A DNA stretch of 61,697 nt from Mycobacterium sp. (GTDB lineage: Bacteria; Actinomycetota; Actinomycetes; Mycobacteriales; Mycobacteriaceae): positions 1-61,697 of the forward strand of contig DATDLZ010000074.1 in assembly GCA_036519055.1 (NCBI GenBank), read 5' to 3'. Position numbers and translations under genes: made by a program. This document shows, piece by piece, positions 1 through 11,275 of the stretch. Position 1 is the stretch's first letter. Every line of letters begins with the position of its first letter. The notes under the pieces are model-generated. The model ran no database searches and had not been told where the DNA came from. It saw only the letters and a list, made by a program, of their open reading frames with translations.

Positions 1-2
1 TC

Positions 3-116
3 GACGCCGCGCGCCGGACTATCGATGACAACTTCGGCTCTCTTGACGGCTACTTCCGCAGCGCTGGCGTCACTACAGCCGACGTGACGCGGTTGCGCGA
101 CGCACTGCTGGGCTGA
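3..116 (+). CDS. ptpB: 3' end of tyrosine-protein phosphatase PtpB (partial, truncated by window)
   Basis: Hand translation DAARRTIDDNFGSLDGYFRSAGVTTADVTRLRDALLG* resembles the PtpB (Rv0153c) C-terminus; synteny fits. Confidence 0.75.
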   Translation, partial: DAARRTIDDNFGSLDGYFRSAGVTTADVTRLRDALLG

Positions 117-398
117 GTTCAGCTTCAGCCCCGCGCTGATATCACCCGCGCCCTCGAACTCGAGAAGGCGCTAATCCTTCAGCCAGGGATTGAAGGGGCT
201 GCTGAACCCTCGTGTGGTTCGAGCGCCCAGTGAGGCAACGGCAGCCGCGGCAACAAAACTTAATTTTCGCCAACGAAAACCTGTGTATTTCTCAGACAAC
301 GGCGTGTAATAGGCGTAAAACATATGTTGAATACCTATGCCGCTGGGGTCAGTTAGTGCCCTGACGGCCAAGAGCCCATAGCCCCGAAAGGTCGCACA

Positions 399-1955
399 AT
401 GTCAGGTCGCACGCTTCGTCTAATGGGTCTGGGAATGGTCGCCACCGCTGGCGCCGGCTTCCTCAGCCTGGCCGCGATGATGAACACCGGTTATGCCCAC
501 GCCGACGGCGAAGACGTCGGCCTGGAGATGGGCGGCAGCGGTCTTCCGATCCCCGGCTCCGATTACGTGCAGGCTGCCACCGGGCTTTTCCTCAACCATA
601 TTTACCCCGGTGACATCACGAACTTCTACGGAGCCACCGCAGGCAATCCGTTTGGCGAGGGGCTCTTCACACCGGAGGGCCTGTATCCGCTGACCGGCGT
701 GCACACCCTGCTGCTGAACTACCCGTCCGGTGGTGAACTCGGCCTGCCCACCGACGCCACCTCGGTCGGTCAGGGCATCACGATCCTGGCCAACCAGATC
801 GAAGCCAACGCCTTAAACGGCGATGTCTCAACGGTATTCGGTTACTCGCAGAGCTCCACGCTCGCCGGTCTGACGATGACACAGCTGGAAGCAGATGGGG
901 TGAGCCCGAATGACGTCCAATTCTTGTTGATCGCTGACCCAAGCAACCCCAACGGTGGCTTGCTCTCGCGCTTCGACGGTTTCACCACGACATCGGGCGA
1001 TGTCCACTCCCTGGAGTTGAACCTGCCGAGCCTCGGCGTCTCGTTCGACGGCGCCACCCCGACCGACGATTACGCCACCTCGATCTATTCGGTCGAATAC
1101 GACGGCTTCACCGACTTCCCGAAGTACCCGATCAACTTCCTGTCCGACCTCAACGCGTTTCTGGGCATCACATCGATCCACGGCCACTACCTGGACTTCC
1201 CACTCGACGGAAGCGGCCCCTCACCGAGCGACATCGCCAACGCGATCCTGCTGCCGGGCTCGGAACATTACGTGCCCGACCCGAACCTCGACAGCCTGAC
1301 CGATTACTACATGATCACCACGCTCGGCGGGCAGGACGTCACTCCGCCGCTGGTCGCGCTGCTGCCGGCTCCGCTGCAGGCACTGCTGGGCCCGGACCTG
1401 ACCTACCTGATCAACCTGGGCTACGGAGACGGCTCGACCGGATACTCCGTGGATGTGGACTCGCCTGCCGACGTCAACACCCCATTCGGGTTGTTCCCCG
1501 ACGTCAGCCTGTCCGACATCTTCACCAACCTGGCCGCCAAGACTCAGGACGGCATCACGGCTTTCGAGGCCTACCTCGCGGATCCCACTCCAGCGGTTAC
1601 GTCGACGCTGGACTCGGCATCGACGGGAGCCAACTTCACCGAGTTCCTGTCCGCGCTGTCCGCCGACCCGACGGCGACGTTCACCGACTTCGTCAACGCG
1701 ATCACGACGGCGTCGTCCGCGGCCTACTCCACACTGTTGCCGACGGCGGACATCATCAACGCGCTGGTGACCAGCATGCCGGCCTACGACCTGTCGCTGT
1801 TCTCCGCGAACATCGCAACCGGCGACCTGGCCGACGCGTTCGGCCTGCCATTGGCAGCGGACACGGCGCTGTTGACCCTGGCGGCCGGTTTCGAGGTCGA
1901 GGTCCTGCAAAACGCAGCCACCGAAATCACCAACGCCTTCTCGGGTCTGTTCTAG
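399..1955 (+). CDS. PE-PPE domain serine hydrolase with N-terminal Sec-type signal peptide
   Basis: MGGSGLPIP start of PE-PPE domain, GYSQS nucleophile motif, NPNGGLLSRF, EYDG, H(G)HY; signal peptide ending AHA; position of PE1/PE2. Confidence 0.85.
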   Translation: MSGRTLRLMGLGMVATAGAGFLSLAAMMNTGYAHADGEDVGLEMGGSGLPIPGSDYVQAATGLFLNHIYPGDITNFYGATAGNPFGEGLFTPEGLYPLTGVHTLLLNYPSGGELGLPTDATSVGQGITILANQIEANALNGDVSTVFGYSQSSTLAGLTMTQLEADGVSPNDVQFLLIADPSNPNGGLLSRFDGFTTTSGDVHSLELNLPSLGVSFDGATPTDDYATSIYSVEYDGFTDFPKYPINFLSDLNAFLGITSIHGHYLDFPLDGSGPSPSDIANAILLPGSEHYVPDPNLDSLTDYYMITTLGGQDVTPPLVALLPAPLQALLGPDLTYLINLGYGDGSTGYSVDVDSPADVNTPFGLFPDVSLSDIFTNLAAKTQDGITAFEAYLADPTPAVTSTLDSASTGANFTEFLSALSADPTATFTDFVNAITTASSAAYSTLLPTADIINALVTSMPAYDLSLFSANIATGDLADAFGLPLAADTALLTLAAGFEVEVLQNAATEITNAFSGLF

Positions 1956-1969
1956 TCACGCGGGGTACG

Positions 1970-2007
1970 GAACGCGCCGCCACCGGTATGGCCGGGGCGG
2001 CGCGTTC
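1970..2007. terminator. Hairpin between convergent genes
   Basis: GAACGCGCCGC ... GCGGCGCGTTC inverted repeat just after the stop at 1955. Confidence 0.6.
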
Positions 2008-2027
2008 GGTATCTGCGAGCAGCCAGG

Positions 2028-2996
2028 CTAGGGCTCTAGTACAACCTTGCCGAACACCCCGCCGTCGGCCAGGGACTGCAGCGCGTCACGGCCTTTCGAC
2101 AGTGGATACCGCTGCGGCGGTGGAGGTTTCAATCCGGCCGCCACCAGCTGGTTGAGACCCGAGGCGAACAGTCCCGCCGAGCCGGGCACCTGATGGAGGT
2201 ATTCGCCCCAGGCGACGCCGAGCACGCCGACGTTGCGCAGCAGCAACCGATTGACCTTGACCGTCGGAATGGAACCCGCGGCGAAGCCGATCACCAGCAG
2301 CTTGCCGTCAATAGCCAGCACCCGGATCGCGTCATCGAAGGCCTGGCCGCCGACCGGGTCGACCACGATGTCGACGCCGCGGCCGTCGGTATGGTCGCGG
2401 ACCGCCTTCGCCCAGCCGTCGGTCAGCGGTAGCACCACGTCGGCGCCCAGCGACTCGACGAATTCCGTTGCGCTCGTGCGGTGTACCACCGCGATGACCT
2501 TGCTCGCGCCCATCGCCCGGGCCACCTGGATGGCCGCGGTGCCCACGCCGCCCGCCGAACCCAATACCAGCACGCTGTCGCCGCGCCGCATGGCGGCCCG
2601 TCGGGCCAGCGCGAAGTACATGGTGTTGTAGTTCACCAGCAGCGACACCGCTTCGGCGTCGTCGAGCTCGGCCGGGCTGCGGGTCACGTTGGCCGTCGGG
2701 GCAAGCACCTGCTCGGCGAAGCCGCCCAGCACGCCGAACGCCGAAACCCGGTCCCCCACTTTGAATTCGGAGTCCTCCGGCGCCCAATCGACAACGCCGG
2801 CAGCCTCCATGCCGGGGATGAACGGCGGCGGCAGCTTGAGTTGGTACTCGCCCTTGCTCAGCAGCAGGTCCGGAAAGCAGACACCCGCGGCGCGGACGCC
2901 GATGACCAAGACGTCGTTGTTTCCGGCGACGTCCTGAACATCGGTATAGACAAGACCGTCCGGACCTGAAAGCTCCTGTACAACACAGGCTTTCAT
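2028..2996 (-). CDS. NADPH:quinone oxidoreductase (zeta-crystallin/MDR family), Rv0149-like
   Basis: MKACVVQEL start, PGMEAAG, GSAGGVG nucleotide-binding motif. Confidence 0.9.
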   Translation of the reverse strand: MKACVVQELSGPDGLVYTDVQDVAGNNDVLVIGVRAAGVCFPDLLLSKGEYQLKLPPPFIPGMEAAGVVDWAPEDSEFKVGDRVSAFGVLGGFAEQVLAPTANVTRSPAELDDAEAVSLLVNYNTMYFALARRAAMRRGDSVLVLGSAGGVGTAAIQVARAMGASKVIAVVHRTSATEFVESLGADVVLPLTDGWAKAVRDHTDGRGVDIVVDPVGGQAFDDAIRVLAIDGKLLVIGFAAGSIPTVKVNRLLLRNVGVLGVAWGEYLHQVPGSAGLFASGLNQLVAAGLKPPPPQRYPLSKGRDALQSLADGGVFGKVVLEP

Positions 2997-3006
2997 GTAG
3001 TCCCGA

Positions 3007-3870
3007 TCAACGGATCGAGAAGTTGGCCGCCTTAGCCGCGGACAAGTCGTCGATCTCGCCCCAGTGCGAGGCGATGTCGTCGACTGACGGCGGCGTCTTG
3101 AAGGTGACGCCCTCGTTCTGGAACAGCGCGGTGCGCTGGACCTTTCCGCCACCGACGATGAAGATCGAGCCGGAGTCGGGCACCTCTTCGGTGACCAGGT
3201 AAGCCACCACCGGCGCGACGAAGTCCGGCGTGAGGTTCTTCAGCACCTCGGGCGGCAGGATGTCCTCGGTCATCCGGGTGGCCGCAATCGGCGCCAGCGC
3301 GTTGGCCTTGATGTTGTACTTGGCGCCTTCCTGGGCCAGCGTGTTGATCAAGCCGACCAGGCCCAGCTTCGCCGCGCCGTAGTTGGCCTGTCCGAAGTTG
3401 CCGAACAGCCCGCTGGTGGAGGTGGCGACGAGCACGCGACCGTAGCTCTGCTCGCGGAAGTGCGGCCAAGCGGCGCGGACGACGTTGTAGCCGCCGTAGA
3501 GGTGCACCTTCAGCACGGAATCCCAGTTCTCGAACGACATCTTGTGGAAAGTGCCATCGCGCAGGATGCCGGCGTTGCTCACCACGCCGTCGATCTTGCC
3601 GAACTCATCGAGAGCGGTCTTGATGATGTTCTCGGCGCCCTCGGTCTCGGCAACGCTGTCGTAGTTGGCGACCGCACGGCCGCCGGCGTCCTTGATCTCG
3701 TTGACGACCTCGTCGGCCATGTTGTGTCCGGCGCCGGTGCCGTCGCGGGATCCGCCGAGGTCGTTGACCACGACGCTCGCGCCTTCCTTGGCGAGGGTCA
3801 GCGCGTATTCGCGGCCCAAGCCACCGCCGGCTCCCGTGACGACGACAACACGATCCTGCACTCCGGGCAT
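3007..3870 (-). CDS. Short-chain dehydrogenase/reductase, Rv0148-like
   Basis: TGAGGGLG, NAGILRD, YGAAK catalytic motif. Confidence 0.92.
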   Translation of the reverse strand: MPGVQDRVVVVTGAGGGLGREYALTLAKEGASVVVNDLGGSRDGTGAGHNMADEVVNEIKDAGGRAVANYDSVAETEGAENIIKTALDEFGKIDGVVSNAGILRDGTFHKMSFENWDSVLKVHLYGGYNVVRAAWPHFREQSYGRVLVATSTSGLFGNFGQANYGAAKLGLVGLINTLAQEGAKYNIKANALAPIAATRMTEDILPPEVLKNLTPDFVAPVVAYLVTEEVPDSGSIFIVGGGKVQRTALFQNEGVTFKTPPSVDDIASHWGEIDDLSAAKAANFSIR

Positions 3871-3925
3871 TACGTTCCTATCTCTCGATCCTCAGTGACC
3901 AACGGATTCAAACGGGCCGGCCAAG

Positions 3926-5362
3926 CTAGAACAGCCGACGCGCCAGCTTCCACGCCTTCTCTGTATACGGCGGGTAGATGAAGCTGGCGAGGTCGGGTCG
4001 GGTCGGCTTGGTCAGCACCGACTTGCGGTGGCTGAACTCTTCGAAGCCGAACTTGCCGTGGTAGGCACCCAGACCGGACGGCCCGACGCCGCCGAACGGC
4101 AGCTTGTGGGTGGCGAAGTGGAACAGCAGATGGTTGACCACCATGCCGCCGGCCGGCACTTCCTTGATCACGCGTTCCCGGACGGCTTTGGTCTTGGTGA
4201 ACAGGTACGCGGCCAGCGGCTTGGGCCGCGCGTTCACGAATTTGATTGCCTCGTCCAGGTTTTGAACGGTCAGCACCGGAAGGATCGGGCCAAAGATCTC
4301 GTCGGTCATCAACGGCTCGTCGGCCGCGGGGTCCACCACCACGGTCGGCTGGATGTTCAGCTTCGACGCATCCGAGCCTCCGCCGATGACGACATTGCCC
4401 TGAGTTGCCGCGAGCGCGGTGGTGAGCCGGTTGAAGTGCCGCTCGTTGACGATCCGCTTACCACCGGTGGTGTTCTCCGCCTCGAACCCGGCGACCGCCT
4501 TCTGGATCTCGTCGATCAGCTGGTCGCGGATCGGCGCCTCCGCCAGGACGTAGTCGGGCGCGATGCAGATCTGGCCGGAGTTGATCAGCTTGGTCCACGC
4601 GATGCGCTTCGCGGCGACCTTGATGTCGGCGTCTTTCGACACGATGACCGGGCTCTTGCCGCCGAGCTCCAGGGTGACCGGCGTCAGATGCGACGCCGCG
4701 CCCTCGTACACCTTGCGCCCGATCTCGGTGCCGCCGGTGAACAGCAGATGGTCAAAGCCCTGCGCGATGAGCTCCTGGCTGACGGCGCCATCGCCCTCGA
4801 TGACGGCGATCGCGTCGGTGTCGAGGTAGCGCGGCACGAGCTCGGCCATCAGCGCCGACGACGCGGGCGCCACCTCAGATGGCTTGAGCACCAAGGTGTT
4901 ACCCGCGGCGATCGCGCCGACGGCGGGACCCAGCGTCAGCGCGAACGGGAAGTTCCATGCGCCGATGATCAGCACGGTGCCGTACGGCTCGTACTCCACC
5001 CAGCCGCGGCCGGGCAACTGCGACATCTCGAGCAGGCGATGGCGGCGCTTCGCCCACTTGCCCACGCTCTTCGCCGCGTACGCGGCCTCACTGCTGGTGC
5101 TGGCGACGTCGGCGAGCCAGGCCTCGAATGGCGACCGCCCCAGGTCCTTCTCCAGTGCATCGGCGATCTTGGTCTCGTTCTCGACCATCAATTGGTTGAG
5201 TGCGCGCAACTGCTCCTTGCGCCACTCCAGATTGCGGGTGCGACCAGTGGCGAACGTCTGGCGAAGCCGTGCGACCGTCTTGGCCACATCGGAGCTGGCG
5301 GCCGGGGCCGCGGGTGCAGCTGGTGCGGTGGTTTCGGTGGCATGGGTCGTCTCGGTGGTCAT
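3926..5362 (-). CDS. Aldehyde dehydrogenase (class 3-like), Rv0147-like
   Basis: WNFP, LELGGKSP, GQICIAPDY, EIFGP; GGAAGG RBS before ATG 5362. Confidence 0.93.
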   Translation of the reverse strand: MTTETTHATETTAPAAPAAPAASSDVAKTVARLRQTFATGRTRNLEWRKEQLRALNQLMVENETKIADALEKDLGRSPFEAWLADVASTSSEAAYAAKSVGKWAKRRHRLLEMSQLPGRGWVEYEPYGTVLIIGAWNFPFALTLGPAVGAIAAGNTLVLKPSEVAPASSALMAELVPRYLDTDAIAVIEGDGAVSQELIAQGFDHLLFTGGTEIGRKVYEGAASHLTPVTLELGGKSPVIVSKDADIKVAAKRIAWTKLINSGQICIAPDYVLAEAPIRDQLIDEIQKAVAGFEAENTTGGKRIVNERHFNRLTTALAATQGNVVIGGGSDASKLNIQPTVVVDPAADEPLMTDEIFGPILPVLTVQNLDEAIKFVNARPKPLAAYLFTKTKAVRERVIKEVPAGGMVVNHLLFHFATHKLPFGGVGPSGLGAYHGKFGFEEFSHRKSVLTKPTRPDLASFIYPPYTEKAWKLARRLF

Positions 5363-5499
5363 GGGGATTCCCTTCCTCGACCGGCGGAAACCCAATCCTA
5401 ATCAACCATCCAGTTGGGCAACAGGTGCCCTCAGCGATCGCAGCCGATCGCGATCATGGCTTTTCAGCGGCGGCGAACACGGTCACCATCGGCCGCTGG

Positions 5500-7423
<1,924 letters not shown>

Positions 7424-7436
7424 AACGCCGTCGATG

Positions 7437-7456
7437 TTACCTAATAACTTAGGCAA
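7437..7456. promoter_or_regulatory. AT-rich palindrome, candidate operator
   Basis: TTACCTAA-TAAC-TTAGGCAA (1 mismatch) just upstream of the methyltransferase pair. Confidence 0.45.
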
Positions 7457-7477
7457 TCTATCTGGTCGTGGGCTACA

Positions 7478-8122
7478 TCACTGCACTTGGTCGGTCCGCC
7501 GGGTGAGGCTGCGGGCCAGCATCAATTTCAGTTGATCGGTGACGGGGTCCAGTTCGTGGCGGCTGCCGATAAAACCGGCATAGAAGCCCACGCCCAATAG
7601 CACCGCGAGCAGCATCTCGGTGAGCGCCGCGGCGTCGGTGTCCGCATCCAACTCGCCTCGCTGGATTCCGTCGTTGATCGCCCACAACAGAAACGCCCGG
7701 GTGGTGCTGACCGAGTCGGTTCCGGGCCGGCTCAGCTCGGGGTGGCGCTGCGACTCCAGCGTTGCAGTGATCAAGAACGCGGCCGCCGTTGGGTTTTCGA
7801 TTTCTGTATCGATCGCGCCTTCGATGAATGCGGACACCTGGCGGGTCAACGTCGTCTCAGCTCGCGCCCGCTGCACACTCGCGGCGACAACGGCACTGTT
7901 GGTCTCGTCCAGCACCTGCCAATACAGGACGCGTTTGTTTGCGAAGTAGTGATTGATCGCCGGCCGGGTCAGGTCGGCCCGGATCGCGATGGCCTGAAAG
8001 GTGGCAGCGTCATAGCCGCGTTCGCTGAACACCTCCCGAGCAGCACGCAGAATGCGCTTACGTGTCTCGGCCGCCTTTGCTGCGGGGGGGCGACCAGGCC
8101 CCCGGCTCGCGGGCTGCACCAC
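7478..8122 (-). CDS. TetR/AcrR family regulator, Rv0144-like
   Basis: RKRILRAAREVFSERGYDAATFQAIAIRADLTRPAINHYF HTH; start uncertain (8119-8146). Confidence 0.9.
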   Translation of the reverse strand: MVQPASRGPGRPPAAKAAETRKRILRAAREVFSERGYDAATFQAIAIRADLTRPAINHYFANKRVLYWQVLDETNSAVVAASVQRARAETTLTRQVSAFIEGAIDTEIENPTAAAFLITATLESQRHPELSRPGTDSVSTTRAFLLWAINDGIQRGELDADTDAAALTEMLLAVLLGVGFYAGFIGSRHELDPVTDQLKLMLARSLTRRTDQVQ

Positions 8123-8192
8123 AGCATGAATTGTGCCACAGCGCACACTGCTGCCCGCCGAGTCGAGAGAACCGCCTGTTAGCCAGCGGTCG

Positions 8193-9164
8193 CTACGTCG
8201 CGCGGTGCGGCATCAATCCGTTGGGCGGGACGCTGCCGAACTTGCCGGCCTGGAAATCTTCGACGGCCTGGACGACCTCGGCCTTGGTGTTCATCACGAA
8301 CGGGCCGTAATGGAACACCGGTTCGCGGATCGGCCTGCCGCCGAGGATCAGCACCTCCAGAGCGGGCACCCGCGACTCCTGCGAGGCGGCCGCGTTGACC
8401 GTGATCCGGTCGCCGGGACCCAGGACCGCCAGCTGACCTTGCTGCAGCGGGTGCGCGATCGGCCCAACGGAGCCACGCCCGGCGAGAACGTAAACCAGTG
8501 CATTGTAATCCCGGTTCCACGGGATGTTCAGCCGCGCCCCCGGTTGAATCGTGGCGTGCGCCATAGTGATTGGAGTGTGCGTCACACCGGGCCCGCTGTG
8601 ACCGTCGATCTGGCCTGCGATGACGCGAATCAGCGCGCCGCCGTCGTCGGAGGACAGCAGTGCGACGTCGGGGCCTTCGATGGCCTGGTAACGCGGTGTG
8701 GCGAACTTGTCCTTCTTCGGCAGGTTCACCCAGAGCTGGATGCCGTGAAACATCCCACCGCTCTCGACGAGTTCTGCCGGCGGCGTTTCGATGTGCAGGA
8801 TGCCTGAGCCCGCCGTCATCCACTGGGTAGCGCCGTCGGCGATCAGCCCGCCGCCACCGTGTGAATCCTGGTGCGCGAAGCGACCGTCGATCATGTAGGT
8901 GACCGTCTCGAACCCGCGGTGCGGGTGCCAGTCAGTGCCGCGGGGTTCGCCGGGCTGGTATTCCACCTCGCCCATCTGGTCCATGTGGACGAACGGATCG
9001 AGCGCGGCGCTGCTGACCCCGGCGAAGGCCCGGACCACCGGGAATCCTTCGCCCTCATGACCGCGCGGCCCGGTCGTGATCGAGCGGACCGGACGTTCGG
9101 TGTCGATAGGGCCCGCCGCGGACACCCGCGACAAGGCCAATGTGTCTGCGGTGATCGCGGGCAT
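8193..9164 (-). CDS. Pirin family protein (bicupin)
   Basis: DPFVHMD, HPHRGFETVTY, WMTAGSGILHIE, YGPFVMNT. Confidence 0.93.
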   Translation of the reverse strand: MPAITADTLALSRVSAAGPIDTERPVRSITTGPRGHEGEGFPVVRAFAGVSSAALDPFVHMDQMGEVEYQPGEPRGTDWHPHRGFETVTYMIDGRFAHQDSHGGGGLIADGATQWMTAGSGILHIETPPAELVESGGMFHGIQLWVNLPKKDKFATPRYQAIEGPDVALLSSDDGGALIRVIAGQIDGHSGPGVTHTPITMAHATIQPGARLNIPWNRDYNALVYVLAGRGSVGPIAHPLQQGQLAVLGPGDRITVNAAASQESRVPALEVLILGGRPIREPVFHYGPFVMNTKAEVVQAVEDFQAGKFGSVPPNGLMPHRAT

Positions 9165-9224
9165 CTGTAGCCTCCTTGTGCTTCGGATACCCGATATAAC
9201 CGGACCGCGGTCCGATTATTCCGC

Positions 9225-9773
9225 TCAGCCCTTGCTGCGGGCAGACTTCGCCGCCTTCTTCTCGGTCGACGCGCCCTTGTGAGCTAAGCCCCCGCCGGCA
9301 TTCTCCAAGTGCGCGCGCACGAACCACTGGAACTTCTCCAGCTCGGCCGAGTGGCCGATCAGGATGTCCTGGGTCACCGGATCAGCCTCCTCGGTTTCGT
9401 CGATCCCCCTGCGGGTGTCCTCAATGACGCCGTTGTAGACCAAATCGAGTGCGGCCAGGTGCGCCTGCACGGTGTCGCGGCCGACCGAGTAGTCGTCCCA
9501 GGTGCGGTCTTTGAGAATCGAGCCCGGGGTGCCCTGCGGTGATCCGCCGAGAGTCGCGATCCGCTCGGCCACTTCGTCGGCATAACCGCGGACCAGGTCC
9601 ACTTGCGGGTCGATCATCTCGTGCACCCCAATAAAGTTGGGGCCGACCACATTCCAGTGGACATGCTTGAGTGTCAGATGAAGGTCGTTGTAGGTGCTCA
9701 ACTGCTTCTGCAGCAGGTCAGCGATCTTGGTTCCCTGCTTTTCGGTCAAGCCCGGAACAGTGAATTGGGTCAT
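9225..9773 (-). CDS. dps: DNA starvation/stationary phase protection protein Dps
   Basis: HWNVVGPNFIGVHEMID, DEVAERIATLG ferroxidase motifs; basic C-tail; GGAGG RBS. Confidence 0.95.
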   Translation of the reverse strand: MTQFTVPGLTEKQGTKIADLLQKQLSTYNDLHLTLKHVHWNVVGPNFIGVHEMIDPQVDLVRGYADEVAERIATLGGSPQGTPGSILKDRTWDDYSVGRDTVQAHLAALDLVYNGVIEDTRRGIDETEEADPVTQDILIGHSAELEKFQWFVRAHLENAGGGLAHKGASTEKKAAKSARSKG

Positions 9774-9812
9774 GGCTACCTCCCTGAGGTCATCCCCTCC
9801 GTTCGGCGATGG

Positions 9813-9839
9813 GTACCCGATGACCGTGGGAAGTAACCC
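9813..9839 (-). promoter_or_regulatory. Putative SigF promoter of dps
   Basis: Minus strand GGGTT-N16-GGGTAC, close to mycobacterial SigF consensus GGWWT-N16/17-GGGTAY. Confidence 0.55.
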
Positions 9840-9847
9840 CCGGCAGA

Positions 9848-10762
9848 TCACAGCGCGCGGATGTCCTGCACCGGCAGTCGCGCGCCCCGGCGTGGCTCGT
9901 AAGCCAGCCGACTGGCCTCCAGCAACCGGACCACGCGGTGGCGGTGTGGGCGCATCGGTTCGAGAAGTTCGACCATCTCGTCGTCGTCGATCGGGTGTCC
10001 CAGCAACGTCCAGCCGATCATCTTGGAGATGTGGTAATCGCCCACCGACAGCGCGTCGGCGTCGCCGAGGGCACGTTGCGCCGTCTCGGCCGCGGTCCAT
10101 ATCCCGACTCCGGGCAGCGAAATCAGCGCCTCGCGGGCCCTCACGGCCGGCCATGACGCGAGTCGCTCCAGCGACGACGCACGTTGCGCGCAACCGACGA
10201 TGGTGCGGGCGCGTCCGGGATCGACGTTGGCGCGGTGAAATTCCCACGATGGGATGCGGCGCCACACCTCGGCCGACGGCAGCACCCGCATCCGCTCGGG
10301 GGCGGGTCCCGGTGCCGGCGTTCCGAATTTGGTGACCAGTAAGCGCCAGGCGCGGAAGGCGTCCGCACCCGGCACGCGCTGCTCGAGGACGGCCGGGATC
10401 AGAGCCTCCAACACCTGATCGGTGCGCCCGAGTCGCAGGTGCGGCACCCGCTGGTGCGCGGCGGCGACGACGGGATTGGCCGGTACGAAATCCGACGAAT
10501 CGTCGTGGGCGCCAAGCATTGCCGGAAGGGCGCCGAGGAACTCCTCGGCGCCGCTGCCCCACGCCGCGCAATCGACTGCATTGGCGGCGGTGCGGCTGAT
10601 ACGCGCCGTGACGGACCCACTGGGCAACAGGCTGGTGCGCCAGATGGCGCCGTCGTCATCGACCTGGAAAGTCGGATCGCCAGGTCCTCGGCGCAGCGGG
10701 AAAAGGGTCATGCCCGGGCTCACCACCCCGGGAAACGTCACCGTGCGAGCGCTACTCACCAT
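9848..10762 (-). CDS. HhH-GPD DNA-3-methyladenine glycosylase-like protein, Rv0142-like
   Basis: LEQRV, LISLPGVGIWTA helix-hairpin-helix, GDYH. Confidence 0.85.
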   Translation of the reverse strand: MVSSARTVTFPGVVSPGMTLFPLRRGPGDPTFQVDDDGAIWRTSLLPSGSVTARISRTAANAVDCAAWGSGAEEFLGALPAMLGAHDDSSDFVPANPVVAAAHQRVPHLRLGRTDQVLEALIPAVLEQRVPGADAFRAWRLLVTKFGTPAPGPAPERMRVLPSAEVWRRIPSWEFHRANVDPGRARTIVGCAQRASSLERLASWPAVRAREALISLPGVGIWTAAETAQRALGDADALSVGDYHISKMIGWTLLGHPIDDDEMVELLEPMRPHRHRVVRLLEASRLAYEPRRGARLPVQDIRAL

Positions 10763-10879
10763 CTGCTCCCACCGGATACCGCAACTGCTCGATTCCGACG
10801 ATCATAAGTCCGAATCCCCCCACACATCCTTGTCCAGTGCGTCATTGACCGGCACTGTGTTCCACGTCAGGATGGCGAG

Positions 10880-11275
10880 GTGGCCACCCCCTTCGACGAC
10901 CCGCAGGCCGAGCTGGCGTGGATGTTCCTGCAGTGCCTGTCCGAGGGGGACGTCGACGAGTGCTTCGGGCTGCTGAGCGACGACTTCACCTACTGGAACC
11001 TTCTGACCCGCAGCTCGGTCGACAAGGCGACATTGCGTGACGAGGTCGAGCGGCGCAAACGCACCGCCGAGCTCAACCTGGACTTCATCCAGTGCTTCAA
11101 CGACGGCGAAAGCGTGGTGATCGAAGCCGAAGCCGACGGCGAGACTGGCGATGGGCTTCGCTACCACAGCCCCGCGGTCTTCATCTTCGAGACCCGCGAC
11201 GGGCTAATCGCGTCGTTGCGCGAATACAGCGACACCCAGCTGACCTCGCACTTATTCGGCCCGGCGAACCGCTAA
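10880..11275 (+). CDS. NTF2/SnoaL-like (ketosteroid isomerase-like) protein, Rv0141c-like
   Basis: MATPFDDPQAELAW, FETRDGLIASLREYSDT. Confidence 0.85.
   Translation: MATPFDDPQAELAWMFLQCLSEGDVDECFGLLSDDFTYWNLLTRSSVDKATLRDEVERRKRTAELNLDFIQCFNDGESVVIEAEADGETGDGLRYHSPAVFIFETRDGLIASLREYSDTQLTSHLFGPANR

Noticed and set aside
117-215. Imperfect inverted repeats after ptpB
   Set aside because: Bulged, no recognisable RNA family; at most a terminator
4028-5401. Long antisense ORFs (also 44070-45308, 45053-46375, 21507-22781 and others)
   Set aside because: Typical stop-poor shadow frames of high-GC coding DNA, with no motifs
7437-7456. Possible IdeR box upstream of the methyltransferase
   Set aside because: Half-sites are in the opposite orientation (CCTAA...TTAGG) to the IdeR consensus; kept only as a generic operator
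9774-10571. Apparent long N-terminal extension of Dps (448-aa ORF)
   Set aside because: Alternate frame of the glycosylase gene; the true start at 9773 has its own RBS and promoter
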